Below are positions 16,286 through 24,632 of a DNA stretch of 64,000 bases, in pieces (position 1 is the first letter of the stretch; every line of letters starts with the position of its first letter). Position numbers and translations under genes: made by a program. The DNA comes from Candidatus Daviesbacteria bacterium (lineage in GTDB: Bacteria; Patescibacteriota; Microgenomatia; Daviesbacterales; UBA10151): NCBI GenBank assembly GCA_016176465.1, contig JACOXD010000004.1:50119-114118 (forward strand), in the 5' to 3' direction. Under the pieces are notes generated by a model, which was not told where the DNA came from, searched no databases, and saw only the letters and a list, made by a program, of their open reading frames with translations.

Positions 16286-17587
16286 TTAAGCAGCGGGAGC
16301 CAGGGTAAAACCTAAATCACCCTCTACAGCTAATTTACCCTTAGGTGTATAAGCCCTTGCTTTTCCTGTACCACTTGCACTACCCCCTCTATCCTCTTGT
16401 AAATTAACCCCTTCTACTTCAATTCTTGCCTCATCTCCATACTGAAGCATTCTAAGAAATCTAACGCGAATTAACTCTGTAAGTAAAGCAACCCTTCCTT
16501 TATACTCTGGTTTTGATAAGATCACCATTGCACCAAATTGATTCATAGCTTCTTCTGTTATTACTCCTGGAATTACTGGGAATCCTGGGAAATGTCCTCC
16601 TCTCCAGTTTATATCAGGATGAATAAGATTTACCATGTGGCCTGAGGCTCTTTCTCCAGGAACTAACTCTAAAACTCCTCCTATAAAGTTAATTGGCCAG
16701 CGATGAGGAATAATATCCTCTACCTGTTCCCTGGTCATTATAGAATCTGCTCTCATTGGAGGAGGTCCAACTAATTCTCCATAACCCTCGGGAAGATGTT
16801 CCCTATATCTAGGTCTAACTCCAACATATTCTGTATGACCATTTGGGTAAGGCTTTGTTACAACTTTAACTATACTATTAGCATAATCTTGGGCCGAAGG
16901 TGTATGTCCAAACTCACCTATAGAGTCCCAATATGCAATCTTTGACTCTTCCGGCCTTCTTCTAGACCAATTATCTGTAACAAATGTTTGATCTAGCGCA
17001 TTCCCCACGACTTCTATGTATTTGAATCTTTCAAATTCTCCTCCTGCAGTAAATGCAAGCCGGAATTGGGTAGATGCAAATCTTTTACCCTCTCTTACAT
17101 TTATATATATATCGGGCACATAAAGCATTGCTTCAGGGTGATCAGTGTGTGCTTGAATACTTTGATTAAAAACAACAGGAGCTCCATCAGGCATCATGGG
17201 AGCTAATGCTCTTAAAAGTGCTAAGTTCCGACCATAATTAAATGCAATAGACTCTTCTAAGGTCCCTCGCAAACCTGCCCCTGTGTTCATAACTAAAGCA
17301 CCTACTACTCCACCTAATAAATGAGCTTTTTCTACATATTGATCAATAGTTTCATCTCTATTAAGATCCCCTTCAACATAAAACATATCCCTTCCAAGAG
17401 CTCTTACCCCATTTACTATTAATTCCTGATCTGAGCGGTGTTTATCGCTCCTAAAACCTCCTAGAACATTCCACTCTGCAACGGCAAAAGCCAAGGCAGT
17501 ATACTTACCTACATCTCTAGAAGTTCCAGTAATGGCAACAAGGGGTCTTCTTTTTTCTCCGGATTCTAATGCTGCGGGACCTGCCAT
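16286..17587 (-). CDS. Fusion of an SDR-type reductase (FabI-like Y-x6-K; putative enoyl reductase) and a FabZ-like hotdog 3-hydroxyacyl-ACP dehydratase
   Basis: N-terminal VAITGTSRDVGK Rossmann, LVMNTGAG (NNAG-like), YINVREGK (Y-x6-K); C-terminal HRWPINFIGGVLEL...WRGGHFPGFPVIPGVITEEAMNQ is the FabZ signature. Confidence 0.6.
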   Translation of the reverse strand: MAGPAALESGEKRRPLVAITGTSRDVGKYTALAFAVAEWNVLGGFRSDKHRSDQELIVNGVRALGRDMFYVEGDLNRDETIDQYVEKAHLLGGVVGALVMNTGAGLRGTLEESIAFNYGRNLALLRALAPMMPDGAPVVFNQSIQAHTDHPEAMLYVPDIYINVREGKRFASTQFRLAFTAGGEFERFKYIEVVGNALDQTFVTDNWSRRRPEESKIAYWDSIGEFGHTPSAQDYANSIVKVVTKPYPNGHTEYVGVRPRYREHLPEGYGELVGPPPMRADSIMTREQVEDIIPHRWPINFIGGVLELVPGERASGHMVNLIHPDINWRGGHFPGFPVIPGVITEEAMNQFGAMVILSKPEYKGRVALLTELIRVRFLRMLQYGDEARIEVEGVNLQEDRGGSASGTGKARAYTPKGKLAVEGDLGFTLAPAA

Positions 17588-17591
17588 AAAT

Positions 17592-18527
17592 TTATCCTAA
17601 TCTCAAATGAGTTACGCCTGCTTCTACTTCTAAAATTTGTCCTGTCACAGGTAGTGCGAGATCACTAATAAGATAAAGTACTGTGTGAGCTGCTTCTTCA
17701 GGGGTAATAAATCTTTGACCACCAAGAAGGGGCATTTTTTGTGCGATAGGTAATAGAGGGTCAACCCCCAGCTTTTTTTGCTCATCTGTTTGTTGTCGAC
17801 GATAAGCAAATTCCGCAGTTCTCCAAATTTTGGTCCTAATCGGGCCAAGAGCAGCTGAGTTAACAGCTACTCCATCTTGAGCAAATTCAATCGCCCAAGC
17901 CTTAGTGAGCCCATCAATGCCTGCTTTAGTTGCAACATAAGCTGATTGATAAGCGTTGCCATGACGTCTACTTATGCTTGTTATATTAGCAATTCGCCTT
18001 CTACCCCTAGGCGCTTTTCTTATATCTTCAATTACTCCCAATGTAGTATTAAAAGTTCCGATAAGATTAACCTCTACAACTCCCCTAAAGGTAATCATCA
18101 TCTTTTCTCTTGCTCTATCAGTTTCCCCACTAAATGGTCTATCTGCAGTTATTCCTGCGTTATTAACTAGAGTATCTAGCCCTCCAAATAAATCTCTTCC
18201 CACTCTGGCAATCGCCACTCCTGTTTCCGGCAATTGAATCTCTCCGGTTACTACCTCCACTCCTACTCCAAAACTATTAAGAGTATGAGCCAGTTCTTCT
18301 AATTGAACTTTTCTTTCTGGTTTTCCATTTAAAACTAAACTTGCTCCCGCAATTGCAAATCTTTCAGCAATAGCTTTACCTACTCCTGCATTTGCTCCTG
18401 TAATAGCTACAGTTCTTCCTGTTAAACTTAGTCCTGAGGTTCTTTCACCTTCTACAGTTCTATGGGGACCTAAGTGTCTTCGGAGAATTTGTCTTCTTGT
18501 TTCTGGTGCTTCTGAAGGTGCTGGCAT
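17592..18527 (-). CDS. 3-oxoacyl-ACP reductase-like SDR ketoreductase (FabG-like)
   Basis: TGANAGVGKAIA, NNAG, catalytic S...YVATK (Y-x3-K). Confidence 0.75.
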   Translation of the reverse strand: MPAPSEAPETRRQILRRHLGPHRTVEGERTSGLSLTGRTVAITGANAGVGKAIAERFAIAGASLVLNGKPERKVQLEELAHTLNSFGVGVEVVTGEIQLPETGVAIARVGRDLFGGLDTLVNNAGITADRPFSGETDRAREKMMITFRGVVEVNLIGTFNTTLGVIEDIRKAPRGRRRIANITSISRRHGNAYQSAYVATKAGIDGLTKAWAIEFAQDGVAVNSAALGPIRTKIWRTAEFAYRRQQTDEQKKLGVDPLLPIAQKMPLLGGQRFITPEEAAHTVLYLISDLALPVTGQILEVEAGVTHLRLG

Positions 18528-18734
18528 ATTTTTTTTAATTAAGCGCTAAACTAACATAGCAAAATATAATTTGCAATATAGTATTTACTAAAAGATCAAT
18601 CTGTAACTTTGGAAACAAAATTTTGGTTATTTTAATTACAAATTTTTAGTAACTAAAACTACAGAAAGTTAATTTTTAAAAGAATATATTGACAACTATT
18701 AACTAAAATTATAGGATCAATTTCATAATTAAAC

Positions 18735-20084
18735 ATGGAAAGATCTGGAGATATTGCTGTAACTGGAATGGGTCTTGTTTCTCCCTTAGGACCTGATAAA
18801 GAAAGTTCCTTTGAAGCCATGCTCAGAGGAGAATCCGGTATAGCATTACTTGAACCACAAAGAAAGTATAAAGGTCTTGGCACTCGAATTGGTGGACAAC
18901 TAAAAGGCTTTCGACCGGAGGATCACTTTAGCGCATTTGCCCGTTTACAAACTCACCGCTCAACCCAAATGGCAGAGGTAGTAGTAAGACAAGCTATAAA
19001 AGATGCAGGTTTTGAAATAGGAAAGAGAGGAGTTTTTGCTCCTGATCGAAAAAAAAGTTTAATCTCAGGTACTAGCGTAGGAGGGATGGTTGGACTTCCT
19101 TCAGAAGAGTGGGTATTAGCAAGGGCTCATTATGAAGAATGGTCTAGGGCGGCCTCTATGAGTACTTTAAGAAGTCTTCCAGAAAGATCTGCAACTTATC
19201 CTGCAATGGAGCATGGGATCACGGGTCCTGTTAAACAAGAATCTGGAGCCTGTGCAACATTCGCCTTAGTATTATCCGAAGCAGAGTTTAGGCTTAATTA
19301 CCGTTATACGAGAAACGGTTTAGATGAAAATGACCCAGATGCCACAGATGCAGACTTAATAATAGTAGTTGGAACAGATGCGGGAATTTCCCCACTAATG
19401 ATTAGATCCTTTAATGTCTTGGGGGGTAAGGAGGGAGCGCTTTCCAGAAGGAACGATGATCCAGAAGGTGCTAGCAGACCCTATGATCAATATGCGGATG
19501 GATTTGTTCCTGCTGAAATGGCAGCAGCTCTTCTCTTAGAGCCTCGAGAACTGGCTGAAGCAAGAGGTGCACATATTTATGCTTTATATCTAGGTGGAGC
19601 TGATACTTGCGATGCTGATAGGGCTACAGCTGTGAATTCAAATAGACTAGCCGATACATATAGACTTACTTTAAGAAGAAGTGGAATTATAATTGCTAAA
19701 AGGATTGATATTGCTTTTAATGCCCATGCCACCTCAACCCTTCCCGGTGATAAAGGTGAAGCAACTGCAGTGAAAATAGCATTTGGAGATAAAGCCAAAG
19801 ACATTCCTATAAGTGCAATGAAAGGGTATTTTGGTCATGGTCTAGGTCCTTGCGCCGGAGGAGAGATAGTAATGGGATTAATGGCTATGGAGAAACAAAT
19901 CGTAATTGCTAATCGTAATTTACATAATCGCATCCCTGAAGCTGAAGGTTTATTTTTAGTAGAGCCTGAATTAGTAGATGGTGAACTTAGATACTATAGA
20001 CCTTGGAAATATGATGTTATGTTGAAAGCTTCTTCTGGATTTGGTGGAATAAATTCTGTTCATGCTTTTAGACTATATCAATAG
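18735..20084 (+). CDS. Beta-ketoacyl-ACP synthase (KAS I/II, FabF/FabB-like), divergent
   Basis: AVTGMGLVSPLG; Cys in ESGACATFA; His in NAHATSTLPGDKGE; Lys/His in AMKGYFGHGLGPCAG. Confidence 0.8.
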   Translation: MERSGDIAVTGMGLVSPLGPDKESSFEAMLRGESGIALLEPQRKYKGLGTRIGGQLKGFRPEDHFSAFARLQTHRSTQMAEVVVRQAIKDAGFEIGKRGVFAPDRKKSLISGTSVGGMVGLPSEEWVLARAHYEEWSRAASMSTLRSLPERSATYPAMEHGITGPVKQESGACATFALVLSEAEFRLNYRYTRNGLDENDPDATDADLIIVVGTDAGISPLMIRSFNVLGGKEGALSRRNDDPEGASRPYDQYADGFVPAEMAAALLLEPRELAEARGAHIYALYLGGADTCDADRATAVNSNRLADTYRLTLRRSGIIIAKRIDIAFNAHATSTLPGDKGEATAVKIAFGDKAKDIPISAMKGYFGHGLGPCAGGEIVMGLMAMEKQIVIANRNLHNRIPEAEGLFLVEPELVDGELRYYRPWKYDVMLKASSGFGGINSVHAFRLYQ

Positions 20085-20087
20085 TTT

Positions 20088-21410
20088 ATGCGAGAAAAAG
20101 ATCTAGACGAGAGAGTTGCTATTGTTGGAGTTGGAGCTGTAACTCCTGCTGGTAATTCTGCCCAGGCTACTTGGGAAGGATTTACTCACTCAAACCGCTC
20201 CTTTATTACAGCTATGTCTGTTGGTCGTGATAATTTCCATTCTATGCAACTTGCAGGCAAAGTTAAAGATTTTGATCCATATAAATACGCTGGTGGAAAA
20301 CAACTTAAAAGATCAGACCGCTATGCTCAATTTGCAGTTGCAGCCTCGGTTGAGGCAATGTTAGCTTCAGGCCGCTTAAGGATGGTTACAAAACCAAATA
20401 GAACAACTGCAGCAGTTTATGAATTAATCGATATTGATCCTTTTAGAATAGGTGTAGATATGGGTATAGCGGTTGGCGGATCTTCTGCAATTGACCAAGG
20501 GAGAGAAGACATAATGCTAAAAGGCCCGGATAGAATTAGTCCTAATACAATTTCTCTTTTAAATCCCTCAAAAGCTGCAAGCGATCCAGCCCTTATAATT
20601 GGCGCGCTAGGCGGAGCGATGACTCATAACAGCGCGTGTGTGAGCGGAGTCAGCGGAATTATAGAGCTTTATAAAAAAATAGTCAGAGGTGATTTGGACA
20701 TGGGAGTTGGAGGTGGAACTGAGTCCCCCCTACACCCACTAGCTTTCTATGCATTCCAAAAAATGGGAGTGTTGGTTTCATATGAGAAATTTAAAGATAG
20801 CCCGGAAGAAGCCGTAAAGTCACTTGATGTAGATGGGGAGGGATTTGCTATGGGTGAAGGGGTAGGAGTTTTAGCCTTAGAGAGATATAGTTTGGCGGTA
20901 AAAAGAAAGGCAAGAATTCTAGGGGAAATTGTAGGACCAGCTTATTTTTGTGATCCAAGGGATGTGTTAGATCCAACTGAAAAGAACGTTGAAATATTAG
21001 TAGAAATGATCCTTGAAAATTCTGGCTTAGAACCATACGAGGTTGATCATCATAACCTTCATGCAGGCGCATCAACGGGTGATGGCACAGAACTGCGAGG
21101 ATCAAGAAGAGTTTACAAATACCAAACTGAATATATAAGTTTTCATGGACCTAAATCAAGAATTGGTCACTTAATGGGCGGGGCTGGAGGTGCTGAAAGT
21201 GTAATTTTAGTTTATGCAGTAGCAACTGATACCGACCCGCCTACTGCCAATTTGAAGAATCCAAGAGAGGCAGGCTTTTATGTTCCCAGAAGAACAGGTA
21301 GAAGATTAATAAGGGCAGGGATAAAAACAGCTTTGGGTTTAGATGGGCAATATGGTGGGTTTGGAGTCGTCAAACCTGCCCCCAGATATCTTAATTACGC
21401 TGCTGCTTAA
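20088..21410 (+). CDS. Second beta-ketoacyl-ACP synthase (FabF-like, retains Cys-His-His; not a CLF)
   Basis: AIVGVGAVTPAGN; Cys in HNSACVSGV; His in NLHAGASTGDGTE; PKSRIGHLMGGAGGAE. Confidence 0.75.
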   Translation: MREKDLDERVAIVGVGAVTPAGNSAQATWEGFTHSNRSFITAMSVGRDNFHSMQLAGKVKDFDPYKYAGGKQLKRSDRYAQFAVAASVEAMLASGRLRMVTKPNRTTAAVYELIDIDPFRIGVDMGIAVGGSSAIDQGREDIMLKGPDRISPNTISLLNPSKAASDPALIIGALGGAMTHNSACVSGVSGIIELYKKIVRGDLDMGVGGGTESPLHPLAFYAFQKMGVLVSYEKFKDSPEEAVKSLDVDGEGFAMGEGVGVLALERYSLAVKRKARILGEIVGPAYFCDPRDVLDPTEKNVEILVEMILENSGLEPYEVDHHNLHAGASTGDGTELRGSRRVYKYQTEYISFHGPKSRIGHLMGGAGGAESVILVYAVATDTDPPTANLKNPREAGFYVPRRTGRRLIRAGIKTALGLDGQYGGFGVVKPAPRYLNYAAA

Positions 21411-21450
21411 TTTCTTTTGTTTATGAGACGCTCGCTCAGCTTACTCATTA

Positions 21451-22446
21451 CTAAGAGGTGACCGGCTCCCAGCTAGTAGCAATGTGTAATCCTAAGCTAG
21501 TTAATATTTTCTCTGCTCTACCCTCACCAATAATTTTTGGATTCATGTCTGTTAGAGTAGTTTTTGTTCCAAATTCAACAAATCTTTGGACTCCTTCTTG
21601 TCTTAATTTCAAAACAGCATCTTTCCAACGGACAGCTGAAGTTAGCTGTGCTTCTAGCTCTTGTCTAATTTGTTCTACGGTCTCTAAAACCCAGGCTTTA
21701 GTATTGCCTACTATACCTACTACAGGTGGTTTAATAGGGGAACTTTCCAAAGCAGGGAGCAATCTTTCCCGGGCTGGTTGCATATGACGGGTATGAAAAG
21801 GACCTGCTACTCCTTTTAATAAGAAACCCCTTATTCTCGCTGGCTCCAGTAAGGCCGGAAGCTGATCCAAACTCTTCTTTAGCCCTCCGACTACGAACTG
21901 CTCACCATTATTAACCGAAGCAACATCAACTCCTATAGGACTTACTAAATTGATTAGTTCTGCTTCATTTTCTTCACTTGTTTCCATCCTAACAACATAT
22001 AATCCTCCTGGATTTTGAATACAAGCTTCCTGCATTGCCTCACCACGAATTTGCACTAATCTCAAAGCCTCTTCAAAGCTTAAAGCACCTGCCGCAACTA
22101 AAGCAGTATAGAGCCCAAGGCTGTGTCCAGAAGTAGAAATTTCCCATTCACTGAAGTCTCCATTATTCTCGTCTTCGAAGAGCTCTCTACAAACCTCGCC
22201 ATAAGCTAAGAGTCCTGGCTGGGTTACTCTAGTCTCAGTTAAAACCTCAATTGGTCCTTTAAACATTAGCTCTGTTAAAAATTTTCCACCACTACCTGTT
22301 GAAAAAGGACCTAAAGTATCATTAGCAACATCTAGTGTTTTTTTAACTCCTGGATATGTGGAGTATAAATCTGCTGCCATCCCTACAAATTGGCTTCCTT
22401 GGCCTGGAAACACCCAGGCGACTTTAGGTTTTTGCTCTACGCTCAT
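21451..22446 (-). CDS. fabD: Malonyl-CoA:ACP transacylase (FabD-like acyltransferase)
   Basis: FPGQGSQ, GHSLG active-site Ser, GPFHT. Confidence 0.85.
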   Translation of the reverse strand: MSVEQKPKVAWVFPGQGSQFVGMAADLYSTYPGVKKTLDVANDTLGPFSTGSGGKFLTELMFKGPIEVLTETRVTQPGLLAYGEVCRELFEDENNGDFSEWEISTSGHSLGLYTALVAAGALSFEEALRLVQIRGEAMQEACIQNPGGLYVVRMETSEENEAELINLVSPIGVDVASVNNGEQFVVGGLKKSLDQLPALLEPARIRGFLLKGVAGPFHTRHMQPARERLLPALESSPIKPPVVGIVGNTKAWVLETVEQIRQELEAQLTSAVRWKDAVLKLRQEGVQRFVEFGTKTTLTDMNPKIIGEGRAEKILTSLGLHIATSWEPVTS

Positions 22447-22486
22447 ATTAGGAGAAATACTATCATAAGCTTAGAGTAATTTTCTA

Positions 22487-24592
22487 CTAAGTAGAAGAAG
22501 AACCTGAGGACTGGGTGGCAAAATATTCTTCTGCATTTCTGACTAATACATCTCTAGGTTTAGCACCCTCACCTGGTCCTATAATTCCTGCTGCTTCTAA
22601 CTCATCTATAATCCTAGCTGCTCTGGCATAACCTACCCTTAGTCTCCTTTGCAAAAGTGAAGCTGAAGCCCGGTCATACTGGCAAACTGTTCTAACTGCT
22701 TCCTCAAATAAGTCATCTCTCTCATTTACTCCCGCTATCCCATTTCTACCCCATCTACCAAGTGGCATCTCAGTTACCTCAGTGGTGTATTGTGGCTCAA
22801 TTCCAATGGATTTTAGATACTTAATTAAATTATTAGTCTCTTGATCTGTAAGTAGCACTCCTTGAATCCTAATAGGCTTACTAGCATCAGGTGGTAAAAA
22901 TAACATATCTCCTCTTCCTAATAATTTTTCTGCCCCCGGACCATCCAAAATTACTCTGGAATCCACCATGGATGAGACATTAAAAGCAATACGACATGGG
23001 ATGTTAGCTTTGATTAAACCAGTTATAACATCAACAGAAGGTCTCTGAGTGGCTACTACTAAATGAAGTCCAGTAGCCCGAGCTAACTGGGCAATCCGGG
23101 TGATAGCATCCTCAACTTCAACAGGAGCAAACATCATTAAATCAGCTAACTCATCAACAATAATTACAATATTAGGAAGTGCTTGGAATCCTGACATCTC
23201 GTTATAGCCTGTAATATTTCTTACCCCCACAGATTGGAAAAGTTTATACCTTCTATCCATCTCCGCCATGGACCACTTTAGTGCAGATAAAATTTTCTCA
23301 GGCTCAGTAATAACCGGAGTTAAAAGGTGGGGGATTCCGTTATAATTTGTTAACTCCACCCTTTTTGGATCTATTAAAATTAATTTAAGCTCATCGGGTG
23401 AGTTTCTATATAAAAGCGTTGCAATAATAGCGTTAATTAAAACTGATTTTCCAGAGCCAGTGGTTCCGGCAATCAAACAGTGCGGCATCCGGTCTATATC
23501 TACAACCAAAGGACTGGAGGCTGTATCCCTACCTAATGCAATAGCTAGCTTTGATTTATGTTTACTCATCTCATCTGATGCTAAAATAGCTTTTAAACCC
23601 ACAATTTCTAAAGAGTGATTTGGTACCTCAATCCCAACTAAAGATTTTCCCGGAATAGGAGCTTCAATTCTGACAGTTCCTGTTCTGGTGGCTAGCGCCA
23701 GTGCGATATCATGTTGTAAGTTAGCAATCTTGGCAATTTTAGTTCCTGATGCAATCTCTAATGCATATTGAGTAACAGCAGGTCCGCCGTTAACTTCAGC
23801 CACTCTTGCTTGAATTCCAAAAGAATCTAAGGTTTTTTCAATAATTGATGCACTTTTTTTAATATCCCCCCGCTCAGCGGACGCTCCTACCCTATCAGAG
23901 AGAAGTGAAAGGGGTGGATACTTCCAAACAGTATTAGATCCTGCTACATTAGCAACTAATTGATCAGAAATTATCCCCTCTTTTGCGGCTGCTTTAGGCT
24001 TTTGCCTCTCATCCATTCCAGAGACTTTAATAGCCACATGTTTAATCGGCATCACATCAGAGTGATTAAATAACCTATTCACTCCTCTAAATAACTTACC
24101 AAAAATTTTGACACTTCCTTGTAAAATATGTCCGAGCGAAGACAGAGAGGTATTAAAAAGTACTACCAATCCCACTAAAAATACTCCTAGTAGTACAACT
24201 GCGCTTCCAACAGGAGTTAATAATTTAGCTGAGTTTACCCAAATCTCAACACCTAAATTTCCTGCAAAGGTAGCGCTAAAGATTGCTGTTAAACCTAAAA
24301 GAGCAACTAAAGATGTAACAAATCCCAAAAAAACATTTAACTGAGCCACTCTCCAGCGAAGTTTTTGTAAAGTTAAACCAGATAAAATAAAAAAAATAGC
24401 GGCAAAATAAGCGCCCCAGCCAAAGTTAGTAAGTAAAAAATTCCTCCAAAAACTTAGCGTCTGCGTTTCTGTAAACATTGAAACAAGAGATAGTCCACCC
24501 AGGATAAAAGAGACAATAGAAGCTATTGTAATTACTGTTCTCTGACGCAGTTTAAGTCTTGGTATAGAATAAATTGATCTTCGGCGGGGCAT
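22487..24592 (-). CDS. ftsK: DNA translocase FtsK
   Basis: 4 N-terminal TMs, Walker A AGTTGSGKSV, Walker B IVDELADLMM, C-terminal winged-helix gamma domain. Confidence 0.9.
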   Translation of the reverse strand: MPRRRSIYSIPRLKLRQRTVITIASIVSFILGGLSLVSMFTETQTLSFWRNFLLTNFGWGAYFAAIFFILSGLTLQKLRWRVAQLNVFLGFVTSLVALLGLTAIFSATFAGNLGVEIWVNSAKLLTPVGSAVVLLGVFLVGLVVLFNTSLSSLGHILQGSVKIFGKLFRGVNRLFNHSDVMPIKHVAIKVSGMDERQKPKAAAKEGIISDQLVANVAGSNTVWKYPPLSLLSDRVGASAERGDIKKSASIIEKTLDSFGIQARVAEVNGGPAVTQYALEIASGTKIAKIANLQHDIALALATRTGTVRIEAPIPGKSLVGIEVPNHSLEIVGLKAILASDEMSKHKSKLAIALGRDTASSPLVVDIDRMPHCLIAGTTGSGKSVLINAIIATLLYRNSPDELKLILIDPKRVELTNYNGIPHLLTPVITEPEKILSALKWSMAEMDRRYKLFQSVGVRNITGYNEMSGFQALPNIVIIVDELADLMMFAPVEVEDAITRIAQLARATGLHLVVATQRPSVDVITGLIKANIPCRIAFNVSSMVDSRVILDGPGAEKLLGRGDMLFLPPDASKPIRIQGVLLTDQETNNLIKYLKSIGIEPQYTTEVTEMPLGRWGRNGIAGVNERDDLFEEAVRTVCQYDRASASLLQRRLRVGYARAARIIDELEAAGIIGPGEGAKPRDVLVRNAEEYFATQSSGSSST

Positions 24593-24632
24593 TGGTAGTT
24601 ATTATATCATACTCCACTTCACTATGGGATAA

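Noticed and set aside
18735-21410. KS-alpha plus chain-length-factor (type II PKS) interpretation of the ketosynthase pair
   Set aside because: Both proteins keep the active-site Cys and both His residues; a CLF would have lost the Cys. No cyclase, aromatase or ACP genes accompany them
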